Shown here: positions 1 to 12,249 of the stretch, piece by piece
How the letters are laid out: each line of letters opens with the position of its first letter
Numbering within the stretch: position 1 is the stretch's first letter
NCBI GenBank assembly: GCA_032718475.1
Contig: JAUCBJ010004012.1
Span: 1 to 37,248, forward strand
Direction of reading: 5' to 3'
Source of the DNA: Nemertoderma westbladi
Lineage: Eukaryota > Animalia > Xenacoelomorpha
Length of the DNA stretch: 37,248 nucleotides
Program-made: the position numbers and the translations under genes
Notes under the pieces: generated by a model
Seen by the model: the letters and a program-made list of their open reading frames with translations, nothing else
Told to the model about the DNA's origin: nothing
Database searches by the model: none

Positions 1-1630
1 TCCTACTTTCAATAGCTAACAATTCTAAACTAAAGGAAATAATACTTCCTACTTTAAAGTAGGAACACTATACACTATGATAGAAGCACTATATACTAAT
101 TTATATAAATACTTCCTACTGTAAGGGTCCAGTAGTATACCGCTTACCAGATCCTAGTAACGATGTATCTTACTATGAGACTCTAGTAATGTATACGGGC
201 TTGTACAGTATCTGAAAACAAATCCCAGTCCAGGATATCTAAACAAACAGATATAGTACACAAACGACTACTGGCGAGGAACAGAGCCTTGTATCTATTC
301 TATGTACGTGAGCGGGTCTAATGCCTACGTACTAGACAGAAGGATACCTGTCCTCCAACCGGTGAGGCAGATGTACAGTTACCGTAACAGACCAAACTCA
401 CGGGAAAACAATCCCCGCGCAGCGAATCCTAACTATCACTGACAGTCCTAAATACAGTAACTTGCCGCGGTGTGATTTATATGGTTTATATACGAGCTAG
501 TGGGTTAACAGACCTAGCGTAACAACACTGACAGTCCTAAATCAGTCGAAAAGGGGTCGTGCCTAAATGTAACAATAACTGATCCCCCTGTACGAAATCA
601 GTCTAAAGGGTCAGGCCTAAATGTAACAATACCGTTGTCCAGACAAACAACAGTTTAATAACGAAAGTGAAATACTCCTTATTGCCGCAACTAAATCAGA
701 TCCTAATTTTACAAATACAGATAATTTCCACCTAACGTAATGTATAGTACGCTATAGCTAGTAGAACTTTAAGGGCGGTATGTTTTAGGGCGTGTGTGTG
801 TGGGTGTGTTACAAATAAAACAATTTCGGGTAATTCCTTTTACTAGGTTTTAGTGATTTTCTGACTAAAATGATACCGTGCGCTAGCTACTAAAATAAAC
901 TAGTCGCGTTTGTAGAACTTTATACTCACGAATGACGTCAAAGCTCTCTCCTTCCTATCCACAACCCAATGGGCAACCACAGTGTTAGTAACTACACCCG
1001 TGATCGGCACTAATACCAGATTCTGGTTGTAAGATAAGAATAGGGGTTAATCGCTACCGTACGTTAGCTGATCTGGTATACTAATTTAATTCTAGAATTT
1101 TGTTGCTGCGGTAGTTAGCAGCAATACCTATCAGTACGTGGCAAGGCGCGGTAGGATATTAATAAACCTCCCTAGGCCAAGCAGTGTGCCGGTAGCAGAA
1201 ATGCTCCTTGCCTGATCAAATAGCTAACTCCAGACAAGGGGGGGGGGGGGGGGGGTACTAATGTACGTTCTACAAAGCGAACCGGTACCAAACAGTCAGT
1301 GCTATGAATCACTAAATTATGGAACGTATGCTGTCCGTACCTAATGTGTACTCGCGTACTGACGAATGGCAATAGTTCGCACCTGTAGGAAGTACAGGTT
1401 AACCCAGGGATTCGTAGGACTGACAAGAGGGGGGTGTCTGGATATAATTATTTGATCCTAAATTTGCGGCGTCCAGTGCGGTGTCACGCTTACCCTGATC
1501 TATAGGTCTTACGGCGGGCAAGGGCGTCGAACAAAGTCTTACCTTTCTCACAAAGCGGGCGCTGCATAGCAAGTTGAGCATTTCGAAGGGGCAAAGGGGG
1601 TGCGCGGTCAATCCAATGTGGGCGCTAGCG
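1..1630 (-). mobile_element. Internal leader region of the same LTR element; no gag ORF within the window
   Basis: Follows the LTR. PBS-like TAGCGCCCACATTGG (1627-1613) partly resembles the tRNA-Lys PBS TGGCGCCC. Short direct repeats at 437/526 and 540/596. Confidence 0.45.
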
Positions 1631-2391
1631 TGTTGTGGACATCCCTTCCCTGCGTTGCTTACGGCCTAACGGTCTAGGCTGCCATCTCCCTGGTGTTCGG
1701 CTGTCCCGAAGTCGGACCAAAAGAAAACATGTCAGGAAATTGCAGTATATTTACAGTTTTACAAAGGATTTATCAAAACGAAGTTTCAACAAGAAACCGA
1801 ATAAACTAAATTTTACAAGAATAAGAGAGTGTAACACAAGGTATGAGGTTTGGTACTGAGGTGATAACCGAAGGCAAACCGGCCTTTTTATACTAGAAAT
1901 TGCACATGGAAACTAAACAGAAATTTCCACAGCTTCACAATTGAGCAATGAAGTGCTTCGTGCCCTATGATTGGCCCAGCTCATCGTTCAACGCAGTCCG
2001 GCCCTTACACTAAATCTGGGACATGGAATCCTAACAGAATTTTCCACTGCCTCACATTTGAGCAATAAGATAATTTATGCCCTATGATTGGCCTGGCTCA
2101 TTATTCGCTACGTTGTACGCTTCTCATTGGCCTACCAATTAGCACCACACGAAAATAAATGGCCCCAAAATACAAATTTCCCGACTGGGATTCGAACTCG
2201 TAACCTACGTAATGTAACCAACGCCTTAACCATCTGACCACTACGCCACGAGAGTACCTAAGGGTTTTATGTGTACAAATATGAATAGGCATATTACATT
2301 ACTGTAACTTAATCAAAATACGTCGGATTTTCAAAAGTTTTTACGTTAAAGTTAAACTACAAATGCTACCTTATAGTGAAATAATTCATCA
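1631..2391 (-). mobile_element. 5' LTR of an LTR retrotransposon inserted into the KRAB exon
   Basis: On the minus strand it starts TGATG exactly at the exon breakpoint and ends CAACA. It contains three CCAAT boxes (about 1970, 2087, 2126), TATAAAAAGG (about 1882-1891) and a ~117-bp-period U3 duplication (1905-1990 and 2021-2106). A PBS-like TAGCGCCCA follows 3 nt later. Confidence 0.65.
2178..2252 (-). other. tRNA-derived (SINE-head-like) Pol III promoter cassette inside the LTR
   Basis: A box TGGCGTAGTGG (2248-2238) and B box GAGTTCGAATCC (2199-2188). No clean cloverleaf. Confidence 0.55.
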
Positions 2392-2810
2392 GACCTGGCG
2401 GAGAATCCGTCGCTTTCCTTCTGTAATAAGGAAGTACCAGATCCGAGTTGGTACAGGCCACGGATTCCTTGTCTGAATAATCCTCACAAACATCGACAAT
2501 AATATCCTCAAATATGGAGTGATCCATCTTCTTCTTCGTCTTCAACTATAACATCCATCGGTTCGTCGTCGATACCAACTATCTTATCTTCAGGAATAAC
2601 TTTCCTCCCAGACACTCTATTAGTCTTTTCCTTCATAAAATCTGGGGGTTCTAGTGGCTTGGCTCTGAGTTCGTTAAAACCTAAAGACGTCAGCATCTCG
2701 AATTGTTCCTTCAAGGCCAACGATCGACGCCTATCAAAGATGCTCATTAATTCCCATTCGTTGTCGGTGAAATAGTGACGGATGGAATCGAACTCGGAAT
2801 CCATTGACAT
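2392..2810 (-). pseudogene. PRDM9: PRDM9-like gene, left copy, disrupted KRAB exon
   Basis: Near-identical to about 22616-23048 but lacks 14 bp between two TGATCCAT repeats, causing a frameshift and a stop at 2508. Homology ends abruptly at 2392 where an LTR begins. Confidence 0.82.
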
Positions 2811-3582
2811 CTCGAAGAGTTAATATATGATATAAAGTGATTTAAAAATACAATATACTATTACAATACAGTTTGAATTTTTGTTATTCTAAAAGTAGAA
2901 CATAAACTGCAAAACGAATATAATATATTCAGAGATACAGTACTGTAGTACAGTAGCTTGCTAAATTAAGCTATTGTATACGGTGGCTGAAAGCGGCTGT
3001 AGGATAGGTGTCATACGGGTCTGGTCTGGACGGAGTCTGTCGGTCTGTAAGTAGGTCGACGGTTAACGCTATAAAAATAAACTACCGGAAAATAAAAAAA
3101 ATTAACGGAAACAAACGCTCGTGATTGGCGGTTTCCAATGTGGGAATTTTGAAACTCACTACAGTTTTGTACGGTTGTTTAAGTGGTATTGTATATGCAG
3201 CACCCTGGTTTAGTGGTGACATTCCTGGTCTCCCAATCATTCCTAGCCCAAACCTGGCTTTCATCCTTATCTGGTGGATAAATGGGAAGTTATTGTGGAA
3301 GATCACCTATATTGGTGAACAGGCATTCCTTGGCTTAACGAGCCTAAAAGATTCTCCCATTCATTAAGTGGTAGTATTCACTTACAACATAAAGTTAATG
3401 TTTATTTTACTGTGTAATATACTTTATTTTACATTAATATCTGTCTGTACAATATATTTTCCGTAATTTTTCCTCTATTTTAAACATCAACCGAACAAAT
3501 ACAGAAATGTTGATTGCATTTGTACCGTTATGTAGTCATTTGAATATACTGTAGGATCAGGTGACTAAGTCAGGTAGGATAA

Positions 3583-4318
3583 CTACTACTATAATCGGCC
3601 TGCTGCATTTAAATTGCACATTGAGATGCTATGCCAGCTTAACAAAAACATATTCTCACCATCATGTAATCCACAATTGACAAGCCCAATTGAGCGTGCA
3701 TTAAGAATGCTATGCCAATCAAAGTTGCACCGCCACAACTCCCTATCCCCCATGAATATAAGGAGATTATTCACATTATTCAAAGGCCAGAGTCCTTTAG
3801 GAGGCGTTTCACGAAAGTCTCGGGCTGCCACCATGCTTATTCACTCCATGAGGACGCCAAAGCGCAAGATTATGCACTGGCTGGTTCTGACGGCGAAAGC
3901 AATGTCCTGCAAAGCGGGGGCGGTTCTGTTCAAGTGTCAAGCTAGGGGAGACTAATGAAACACCTCCAAGGTTGTATAGACTGATAGAAGCTACGGTTGG
4001 AGATGTGTTCATTGTACTTGACACAATGAGCTCAACACAGCATTATTGAGAAAGTGCGATCCAGAGATTTGGTGTCCGCAGTAGCAGTTAGAGCCCAGTT
4101 TGGACTCCCGTGCAGGATAAGAATACTGGTACTACTACAGCCATAATAAATAATCGAACCTTAAGTTTCCGTTTTATTCTATTGGACATCCAAATCATGT
4201 AGACTATTTTACGCCGCCCATGCCTTCCCTTTACATATCGGAAGGTCTGAAATTCGAATCCATAATCCCAAGTACCAGAAGTCATCCACGTGCTCAAGCA
4301 AGCCGTCCCTAGAGCTTA
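3583..4318 (-). mobile_element. RTE-clade LINE, decayed 3' fragment
   Basis: LEQNRPRFAGHCFRR...WRPHG and MGDRELWR C-terminal motifs with an (AGT)n tail. Confidence 0.75.
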
Positions 4319-4649
4319 AATGCCCCTTTCAAACAATGACCATAAAATGACTCAAACCACCCGATTAGTAGCCAGCTGCAAATGGGATGTAAAAATCACG
4401 AAAAAAACATCGTAATTATTCGAGGAATCGGAACAAAAGTGCGTGGTGGCATGAACAGAACATCGAAAATGAGCGGTAACATGAACAGAACACAACATCG
4501 AAAGTGCGCGCTAACACACACCACCGAAATACCGGTACGTGGTGATGTAAACATGAGTGGGCCTTTCGTGGAGCTGCGAACCAATAAAAAAACAATAATA
4601 TAAATTATTACAGTATGATACACCATACAAAAATATATAGCCCTATCTA

Positions 4650-5447
4650 GGGTATTAGTACGTTTGAACGACACTAGCCGAACAAGCCTGAAATCTGATA
4701 GAAACTGATAAAAATTGATACCTGTACAGCAGTATTGTTCACCATCTTCGGCACAATTCGGATATTGTATTATACTAATGGGCCTATTACTTTTATTGTT
4801 TATTGTGTTATTTATATTGTTACTTTTATTAATTATATTGTGTTGTATTGTATTTATACAAGAGCACTAGGCCTACTATTACTGTATTGGGCCTACTCTG
4901 TCTCTGTCATGACTGAATTTAATTTCATCGAGGTCGGTAAACTGATCGAGACTGGAGGAGTGTGTTATTGAATTTGCGCTATTGGGGAGCTTCTCTCCAG
5001 TACTCTACAACCAAATGGGCAACCAACCCTACGTCTTTGTCCTTTTCCAGGTTGTGCTGCACAATCCAAAGTTGTGCTTGTACAGTAATCTCCTTGCTTA
5101 TTTCAAGCATTACTACCGGTAGTACTGCTGTACTGAATGTCTACTCATGTCCAACTACTGTACGATATGATCTAACCAACCCAAACGGCTCTTTCTGTCT
5201 TTTCAGGGCCGCCATATCAGCATATGAAATATACAACCATGTCAGCATGTCGCAACAACGCGTGCAATCCAATAGGCCTATAAATTATATTAAAATAATA
5301 AATTCCCTTCCAAGAACTTAATAAATAATACCCGCGCAATCCTCAAGATTGCTCACAAATCACAATACTGCTATACCGGTACCGGTACCATGATTTATCT
5401 GATTTCAGGCTTGTTCGGCTAGTGTCGTCCAAACCTACTAATACCCC
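4650..5447. mobile_element. Non-autonomous TIR DNA transposon (~0.8 kb)
   Basis: ~50-bp TIRs GGGTATTAGTA...CTAGCCGAACAAGCCTGAAATC and GATTTCAGGCTTGTTCGGCTAG...TACTAATACCCC with TA flanks. Absent from the paralogous site near 26550. Confidence 0.75.
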
Positions 5448-5578
5448 TATGTAGCTAGCTCTCAGCTTACTGTATACCGGTAGGCCTAATTTAAAAAATT
5501 AAAATGTTATTTTATAGACTTAGGCCTACTGCCTACTGGTCATTATTCTAGAAATCAAACTTATGATAAATGAAACTA

Positions 5579-5785
5579 TAGGCCTACTACCAACTACCGT
5601 TATTTACGAATCTACCTACTGTCAGACCGTACAGGCAGACTATACGAGAAACACTATGGTACCGTACTACCGGTACCGGTAGGCCTACTACCAACTACCG
5701 TTATTTACGAATCTACCTACTGTCAGACCGTACAGGCAGACCATACGAGAAACACTACGGCAGTACGGTACCGTACTACCGGTAC
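5579..5785. repeat. ~100-bp tandem duplication
   Basis: TAGGCCTACTACCAACTACCG...GGTACC occurs twice here and once in the paralog (about 26685-26780). Confidence 0.8.
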
Positions 5786-6599
5786 CTAATGCAGTAATGC
5801 ATATCTGCATGTCGAAAGGGGAATGGTACTTAGTTAGAAAGTTTAACTTTATCGACTACCAGTACCGGTATCATACTAAAACTACAGTAAATGCCTGATG
5901 GGATGGGTTTTGCCTACAATAGTGAATTCCTTGCTTGTGTGCCTGACTGCCTGAATGTGTTGCAACAGAGTCTGTATTCAGAAAATGTTTCACTTTAGGG
6001 CCTACCGACTTTCATACTGCTACATGTACCGCCTATTACAGTATTATGATGTCAACGTCTACGAGTCTGCATGTGTAGAACTATAGCAGCCAAGTCTGTC
6101 TTCAGGAAATGTTTCACTTTCACATTTGCAACCTACAGTATTGTGACCAAGGACAAACTTGTCAGATATGTGCTAGAATATATCCTGTGTCTTTGTGGGG
6201 TCGGTAATCGCCACTAATCGGTATGCAGTTCTAGTTCCAGTTCTTCCCGCTAAAGGACGAAATGTATGAAATTGAAAACCTTCTCCCATTTCCGTCATTT
6301 TTAATTAGAATTAAAATTAATTTGAATCTTGGCATTGTTTGTACTATTGTATATACTAAAGCTTATCTTATTTCGTTTTGTTATAAGCATAATCATAATA
6401 TATAAATTTATATCGCGCCCTTTACGTAGTGGTCAAAGGCACACGTAACACATAATCTTAAAATTAATAAAAACCAATCACTGTATGAACTGAATTAAAA
6501 GAGTTAAAAACATAATTAAAAACACAACTGTAGACATGAGTTCACTTGAGAAACGTGAGATTATTATTCATGTTAAAAAAATGTAATTATAATCATTGG

Positions 6600-6905
6600 A
6601 ATTCCATTTTGAATAAATGAGTCTTTAATAGTTTCTTAAATATTTCTATCGAGGGAGATCGGCGAATGTTGATGGGAAGTGAGTTCCAAATTGTTGGTGC
6701 AGCTACCGCGAAAGAACGTTTACCATAGCTTGCAAGATTGAATTTAGGAACGCTAAGAAGGGTCAGTTCAGCGGAACGTAGTTCACGTTAGGCCGATGAT
6801 GTGAATACATTTATAGGTTATTAGCGCAATCTTGAAATCGATCCGGCATAGAATAGGTAGCCAATGCAATGTATCTCTTTCAACACCGGTGTAATGTGGT
6901 TCTCA
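6600..6905 (-). mobile_element. L2/CR1-group LINE 3' fragment
   Basis: The minus strand translates RELRS...LLSVPK...YGKRSFAVAAPTIWNSLPINIR...FKKLLKTHLF, preceded by HITPVLK and HWLP. Confidence 0.75.
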
Positions 6906-7165
6906 ATATCTGGTGGCCTCCAGTGTTGTATTATTTATCCCCAAGCAACTTTTTCTTGATAATAATAGATATCATATTTTATGCGATGGAGCGCTATTTT
7001 TTCATCATAACTTTTATGTAATTACAATCACGCAGCTAAGCCTGTAATCTGGTCTACTGTTTATTTTTTAGAGAGATGCCTCAGTTTACTTGTTATTGTG
7101 TTTTTTGATAACTAAATATATATAGAATTCATATAACTAAACTTTCAATTTGATTTAGAATTACC

Positions 7166-7360
7166 TTTGAAATATATTGCGGTTTTTTTGTAAAAATTCT
7201 GACTTATGGTGTTTTGCCAAAACAAAGGGGAACACCATTTTCTGGTATTATCCCGTAACTATACGATAGTTGCGGGGTATTGCCTAGAAAACAAGGTATC
7301 CTCAATTTGGCAAAACACCACAAGTCCGAATTTTTACAAAAAACACGCAACATATATCAA
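7166..7360. repeat. ~195-bp imperfect palindrome (hairpin MITE-like)
   Basis: Arms TTTGTAAAAATTC..GGTGTTTTGCCAAA and TTTGGCAAAACACC..GAATTTTTACAAA, centred on AACTAT-ACG-ATAGTT. Confidence 0.75.
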
Positions 7361-7419
7361 ATAATAGCCAAGGCGTATCGTGCGTCCTTAATTATTTAGT
7401 GCGTAGTGCGCACGTAATA

Positions 7420-8006
7420 GGATATATCTTTTTACAGAACACAGCAGAACACAGTAGAACACAGCAGAACACAATAGAATACAGGCGGAACATAGGAGAA
7501 CACAGCTGTAATTAAAATCTACACCAAAAAATAACACACTTTGGGAAAGTACCGGATTTAATCATACAACTGTAAGATGTCAATTACATATTTAAATTAA
7601 ATGGCGGTTTTCCATATCCTCCAAAATAAATTACTTCTCATTATCCTGTAACCATGGAGAGTTGGTTAGTTCTACAGCAGTACAGTACCGGTAGCTGAGT
7701 AGGCCTACATCAGTACTTTGGTAATATAATCTACACTGTGCCCGGTAATTGCCGGTAAATGCCTACATCTGTCTGTCTGTACAATGTACAGTCTGTCAGT
7801 CTGTACATGTCTCTACAGCACTAGGCCTACGGCAGTACTGGAACAGGCTGACAGGCAGACTGCTGGACTAGTAACAGGTACAGGCCTAACCGAACAGCTG
7901 ATCGGGCAACTCTGATCAGGTAATTTATTTTGGAGGATATGGAAAACCGTCATTTAATTTAAATATTGGTTCACGGTCTTTGACATAAGTGACCATTATT
8001 ACCGTA

Positions 8007-8056
<50 letters not shown>

Positions 8057-9834
8057 GGGTGTGGGGGTGTGTGTGTGTGTGTGTAGGGGTGTGGGGGTGT
8101 GTGTGTGTGTGTGTGTATCCAGAGCGATATCTCAGTTATTTATTAATCAATCGAAACAAAATTTGGACAAAAGTTAGATATAGGGATGGCGAAGGCTCAT
8201 ACAAAAAATTGGGTGTTGAGATGGTATTTGTGCGATGTGAGCGCTATATTTCAGTCAGGAACACTGGTCACAATATGTCCAATTTACAGCCAGAATTTGT
8301 CCGCGGAAAACGCTCTCAGAGTGAAATTTCTCCATAGAAAACAATGCTAAATTTCATTTAAAAACCGGCAGTGAAATTTTAACATTGGCATTCTAAAAAT
8401 TATGCCATTAGAATCGCCATAAAATTCTGTATAAATTAATTTGAGAATTAGAATCTCATCGTTGGGATAACTATCATAATATTAAAAATAAAAATGTGCC
8501 CAGCTTCTGCTTTGAGTACTAGTGGAGTTACAGCCAAAATATGTCCGGAAATATAATCGCAGCCTGTGAAGGACAAATAGTGGCTGCACGGACACTTTCT
8601 GGCTGTAAATATGTGGACAATTTTTGGCTGAGCTTCAGCCAGAAAGTGACCAGTGTTCCTAACTGTATTTGCGTGTTTTCGCATGGTTTAGGAAAAAGCT
8701 ATCTTGTCATAGGGAACGCAATGAATGATTCTGATATTTGGCATGGAGGTACCTGAATTATTTCTAAATCGATTAACGGAGGCCGATTTTTAAATTTGGA
8801 CCTACATTATGACCTAATTGAAGATTTAATTAAGGTAATTAGCATTAGCAATTACCAATACTGCAGTACCGGTACTGCAGTCCTGTAGGCCCTAGACTGC
8901 TAGTACTGTCTGATTGTCTGCCTGTAGTAGGCATACCGGACCGGTACTACCTGACCACTGTAGGCCTATCTGCCTATCTTCATACTGTCATAGGTCAGTA
9001 CAGCAGTAGGTCCTAGCCTAGCCCTAGCAGTAGATAGCTAACGGTACTTCTGACTGGCATAGCATTTCAGTTTATTATTATCCATCAGGTAGGCTATGCC
9101 TGGCTTAAATATAATATTTCGCCATGTTCGCAGGCGACTTCGTACTGACTACCGGTAGGCCTATGCAGCTACCGGTATGCTATGAGATTAACTGTCCAGT
9201 CGTTCAGATGCATATCTGCATATGGTACCGGTACCGGAACGGGTTACGGTTTAATCCTGCATTTGTCAATTACGACAATACCGGTACGACTTCATAGTAC
9301 CGCTGTACCGGTACGCGGTAGCCTACCGTTTCCGGTTGACCGGTAGGCGTAGGCAGTAGACCTACGGTGCGATGGTAGCCAGCCGGTAGGTGGTAGGCTT
9401 ACCGTACCGGTATAAATGTTGGCGGATGGCGGGATGACGTCGTGTGGCGCGTAATTACTTACCGGTTGCCGGTAGACGCCTACCCAACTCGTAACTCGTG
9501 GTCGTGGTGGGATGAGCATGAGGTCGTCTACGATGGGAACAAGTGAAAAGGAAACATAGGCCTACCCGAACGAAAACGTACCCGAATACTGGGTACGTTT
9601 CGACAATAATGTATCGGTTATTATTATTGTACTGATTAAGTAGGAGGACCGTGAACCCTCCAGGCTTGCCAGCTTGTGTAATTGACATCTTAAAGTTGTA
9701 TGATTAAGTCCGGTACTTTCCCAAGTGTGTTATTTTTTGGTGTAGATTTTAATTACAGCTGTGTTCGCCTATGTTCCGCCTGTATTCTATTGTGTTCTGC
9801 TGTGTTCTACTGTGTTCTGTAAAAAGAACTATCC
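7420..9834. mobile_element. Mutator-like (MULE) non-autonomous element with ~215-bp TIRs and a nested insertion
   Basis: Left TIR 7420-7633. The right TIR is split into 7920-7966 and 9678-9834. Flanking 9-bp TSD CACGTAATA (7411-7419) and CACGTAAAA (9835-9843). TIRs contain 10-bp AGAACACAG repeats. Confidence 0.8.
7967..9677 (+). mobile_element. Helentron/DINE-1-like non-autonomous rolling-circle element
   Basis: Asymmetric inverted repeats GGTTCACGGTC (7968-7978) and GACCGTGAACC (9647-9657), a 3' hairpin CAGGCT-TGCC-AGCTTG, a 5' (GT)n microsatellite (8008-8116) and no TSD. Removing it restores the host TIR. Confidence 0.68.
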
Positions 9835-10187
9835 CACGTAAAACATGTGCGCATTTGTTATTAGCTAATACCTGCTATCTAACATGTTAACTAGCACATG
9901 ATCAGGTGTTAGTATTACCTGTAAACGCAATAATAACAAATAATCACAAACAATATAGCTAACACACTTGCGCACATGGTGGAAATTTTTGAATTCTAAA
10001 TTCTAAAGTGCTCCATAAGTTTTTGATATTTTGGTATTAATTGCTTCTAAAATAAGTACGGGACTGTAGTTAGAATCATGTATCAATACAAATTGAACAA
10101 AATGTAGCCAAAGGCAGAACTATAAGAACAAAATTTAGATTCAAGAAAGCGGAACTTTAAGTACAAAATATAGTTTTTTCTACAGTA

Positions 10188-10395
10188 CGTGGCAACATTT
10201 TGAGCAACTCTATCAGCAACTTAATGAGCATGTCAGGTTGCCGATCAAGTTGCTCTATGTAAACGCGAAGTTTGTTGCTGTAAAAGATGCCTCATATAAC
10301 GGAGACTAAAAGTTAATGTTACTCAAATTACGTTGCTAGTTGCTGACCAAATTGTCCAAAACGTCCGGCAACCTAGAGTAACTTATAGCAACTTG
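10188..10395. mobile_element. Decayed relative of the Harbinger-type MITE at 11744
   Basis: Shares ACGTGGCAA...GAGCAACT...GGTTGCCGATCAAGTTGCTC...GTTGCTGTAAAAG. Confidence 0.55.
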
Positions 10396-10397
10396 GA

Positions 10398-10600
10398 TAC
10401 AAACATTAAATGAGGGACAGATATTTATCAGCGCCACAAACATTAATGTGTGACAAACATTAATCAGGGGGACAAACATTAATGTTGGCATAAACATTGA
10501 TGTAGGATACAAACATTAATGTGGGACATAAACATTGATAGGACACAAACAATAAACGAGAGACAGATATCAATCAAGGGCACAACCATTAATCATGGGC
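10398..10600. repeat. ~20-bp minisatellite
   Basis: About 10 degenerate copies of ACAAACATTAATGTGGGA(C/T). Confidence 0.75.
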
Positions 10601-11679
10601 ACTATCGCCCTTCGCACTTAATATGATTCATGTTACCCCCCATGGCACTTAGTATGATTCCTGTTACCACCCATACACACACATACAATATATTACAGTA
10701 TTACAATTCTCATTACTGTCAATCAATAAAATAACAACAATAAATAATAACATATTAATCTGACCAAACCAATAAACTATGTTATTGCCAATTGAAGGAA
10801 AGGATCAGGTTACAGAGATGGTTTTTCTAACCAAAACAATAAACGATGTTGTTACTAAAAAGGGAAGGAGTAGGAGTAAAAAAATGATGAACATGAGGGG
10901 GAGACAGGAATGGGGGGGGGGGGGGGTGTAACATGAATGGTGGTGGTAGGAGGTAAATTGAAAATATGGGGGTATAACAGCCGGGGGGGGGGGGGGGGGG
11001 GGGGGGGGGGTAGCAGCAAAACAGGCAGCTGAACAACGTAACCGAACGTCGCTTTCAATTAATTTACATCTAATTAGGAAGATGGAATGTATACAAAACG
11101 GCGGTACTTTGATCGAAGCTCACGTTCCCATGGTAGTATTTTTTCCAGGCCTTTTTCCTGGCCGCAATACAAACCAGTATATAAATGATAAATTACGGGG
11201 TTTTGCCAGGCTATTGTTTCTGATTTAAGGGGTTTTACAGGTTGTTATTTCTGATTTACGGGGTTTTGCCAGGTGGACTGAATTTCATATACTTGAATTT
11301 ACGGTGTTTTGCAAGCCAATTATTGACTTGTGGTGTTCTGCCTCGAAGTGGACATAAGTTACGGGGAACTGTCTTTGGTTTATAACTCAAAAAGGGCTGG
11401 TAGAAAAGCTTCGGGGTTCTGCCAGACGAAAAAGCCGATATCGTATTACCCAAAAAGTCAACAACATGAAAATCGAAAAAAATCGACTTAGGGGGTTCTG
11501 CCTTGAAGGTGGCGTTATGTCATGTTTAAATTATATAATCAATTAAAATATGCTACTATGAAAAATGTTCTACACCACAGTTTAAGTCAGATATGCAGTA
11601 GACATCTTAGATTATGTAGCCTATACCACGGCCTTGGACCTGAGTATATCGTCTATCCGCTTATCCCGTATCTTCATCT

Positions 11680-12249
11680 GTTGCAGCCTCATGGAGTGAA
11701 TAAGCATGGTGGACAGCCCATGACTTTCTTGAGACGCATCTTAAGGCCTGTTTACACGTGGCAAAAAGAGCAACTTTATCGGCGACTTGTAGAGCAACCC
11801 GGGTTGCCGATCAAGTTGCTCCGTGTAAACACGTAAAAAAGTTGCTGTAAAAGTTGCTCAACTTTTACGGCAACTTGAAGGAATTTGCGTTGACGAATAA
11901 TCAAATCAAATTATCAAAAACTAGCTAGTAGATAAAATGACCCACTATTTTACAGTCAAACTAGCCAAGTTGCTCTAAAAGTTGCCGGCCAAGTTGCTGG
12001 TAAAGTTGCCACGTGTAAATAGCCATTAAATTAAGTTGCTCCAAAAAAGTTGCTAGTTGCCGAGAAAGTTGCTCTAAAAGTTGCCACGTGTAAACAGGCC
12101 TTTAAAGGACACTGGCCTTGAAGATGCGGATGATCTAGCAAATGTCATGGGTGATAGGGAGTTGTGGCGGCGCAATTTTGTCGACAAGCCGGCACAGCAT
12201 TCTTAAAAATGCAGCTGCAATGCAGCATGCCGATCCTAGTAGTAGTAGT
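11680..12249 (+). mobile_element. RTE-clade LINE 3' fragment interrupted by a MITE
   Basis: QPHGVNKHGGQPMTFLRRIL|KDTGLEDADDL..., ending CCTAGTAGTAGTAGT. Confidence 0.75.
11744..12101. mobile_element. PIF/Harbinger-type MITE (358 bp)
   Basis: Perfect 21-bp TIR AGGCCTGTTTACACGTGGCAA and TTA TSD. The empty site GACGCATC-TTA-AAGGACAC is seen in the sister RTE copy near 23426-23444 (minus). Confidence 0.85.

Larger units (their letters stand above)
2392..6219. repeat. Segmental duplication block A, paired with about 22616-27184
   Basis: Colinear high-identity sequence from the KRAB exon to ...GGTAATCGCCACTAATC. The copies differ by an RTE insertion (central), a TIR element (left) and a ~100-bp tandem duplication (left). 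Confidence 0.9.

Noticed and set aside
2178-2252. Functional tRNA gene
   Set aside because: A and B boxes are present but the D and anticodon arms do not fold convincingly.
3082-3367. Short ORFs conserved in both duplicates (also 25017-25302)
   Set aside because: Conservation is explained by the recent duplication and there is no recognisable domain.
7989-8337. Cys/Val-rich ORFs, and Pro/Gly-rich ORFs at 1172, 10827 and 13114
   Set aside because: These are translations of (GT)n microsatellite and G/C homopolymer runs.
10398-10600. CRISPR-like array
   Set aside because: Units are contiguous degenerate repeats without unique spacers, the context is eukaryotic and no cas genes are present. 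The same applies to 27244-27326.
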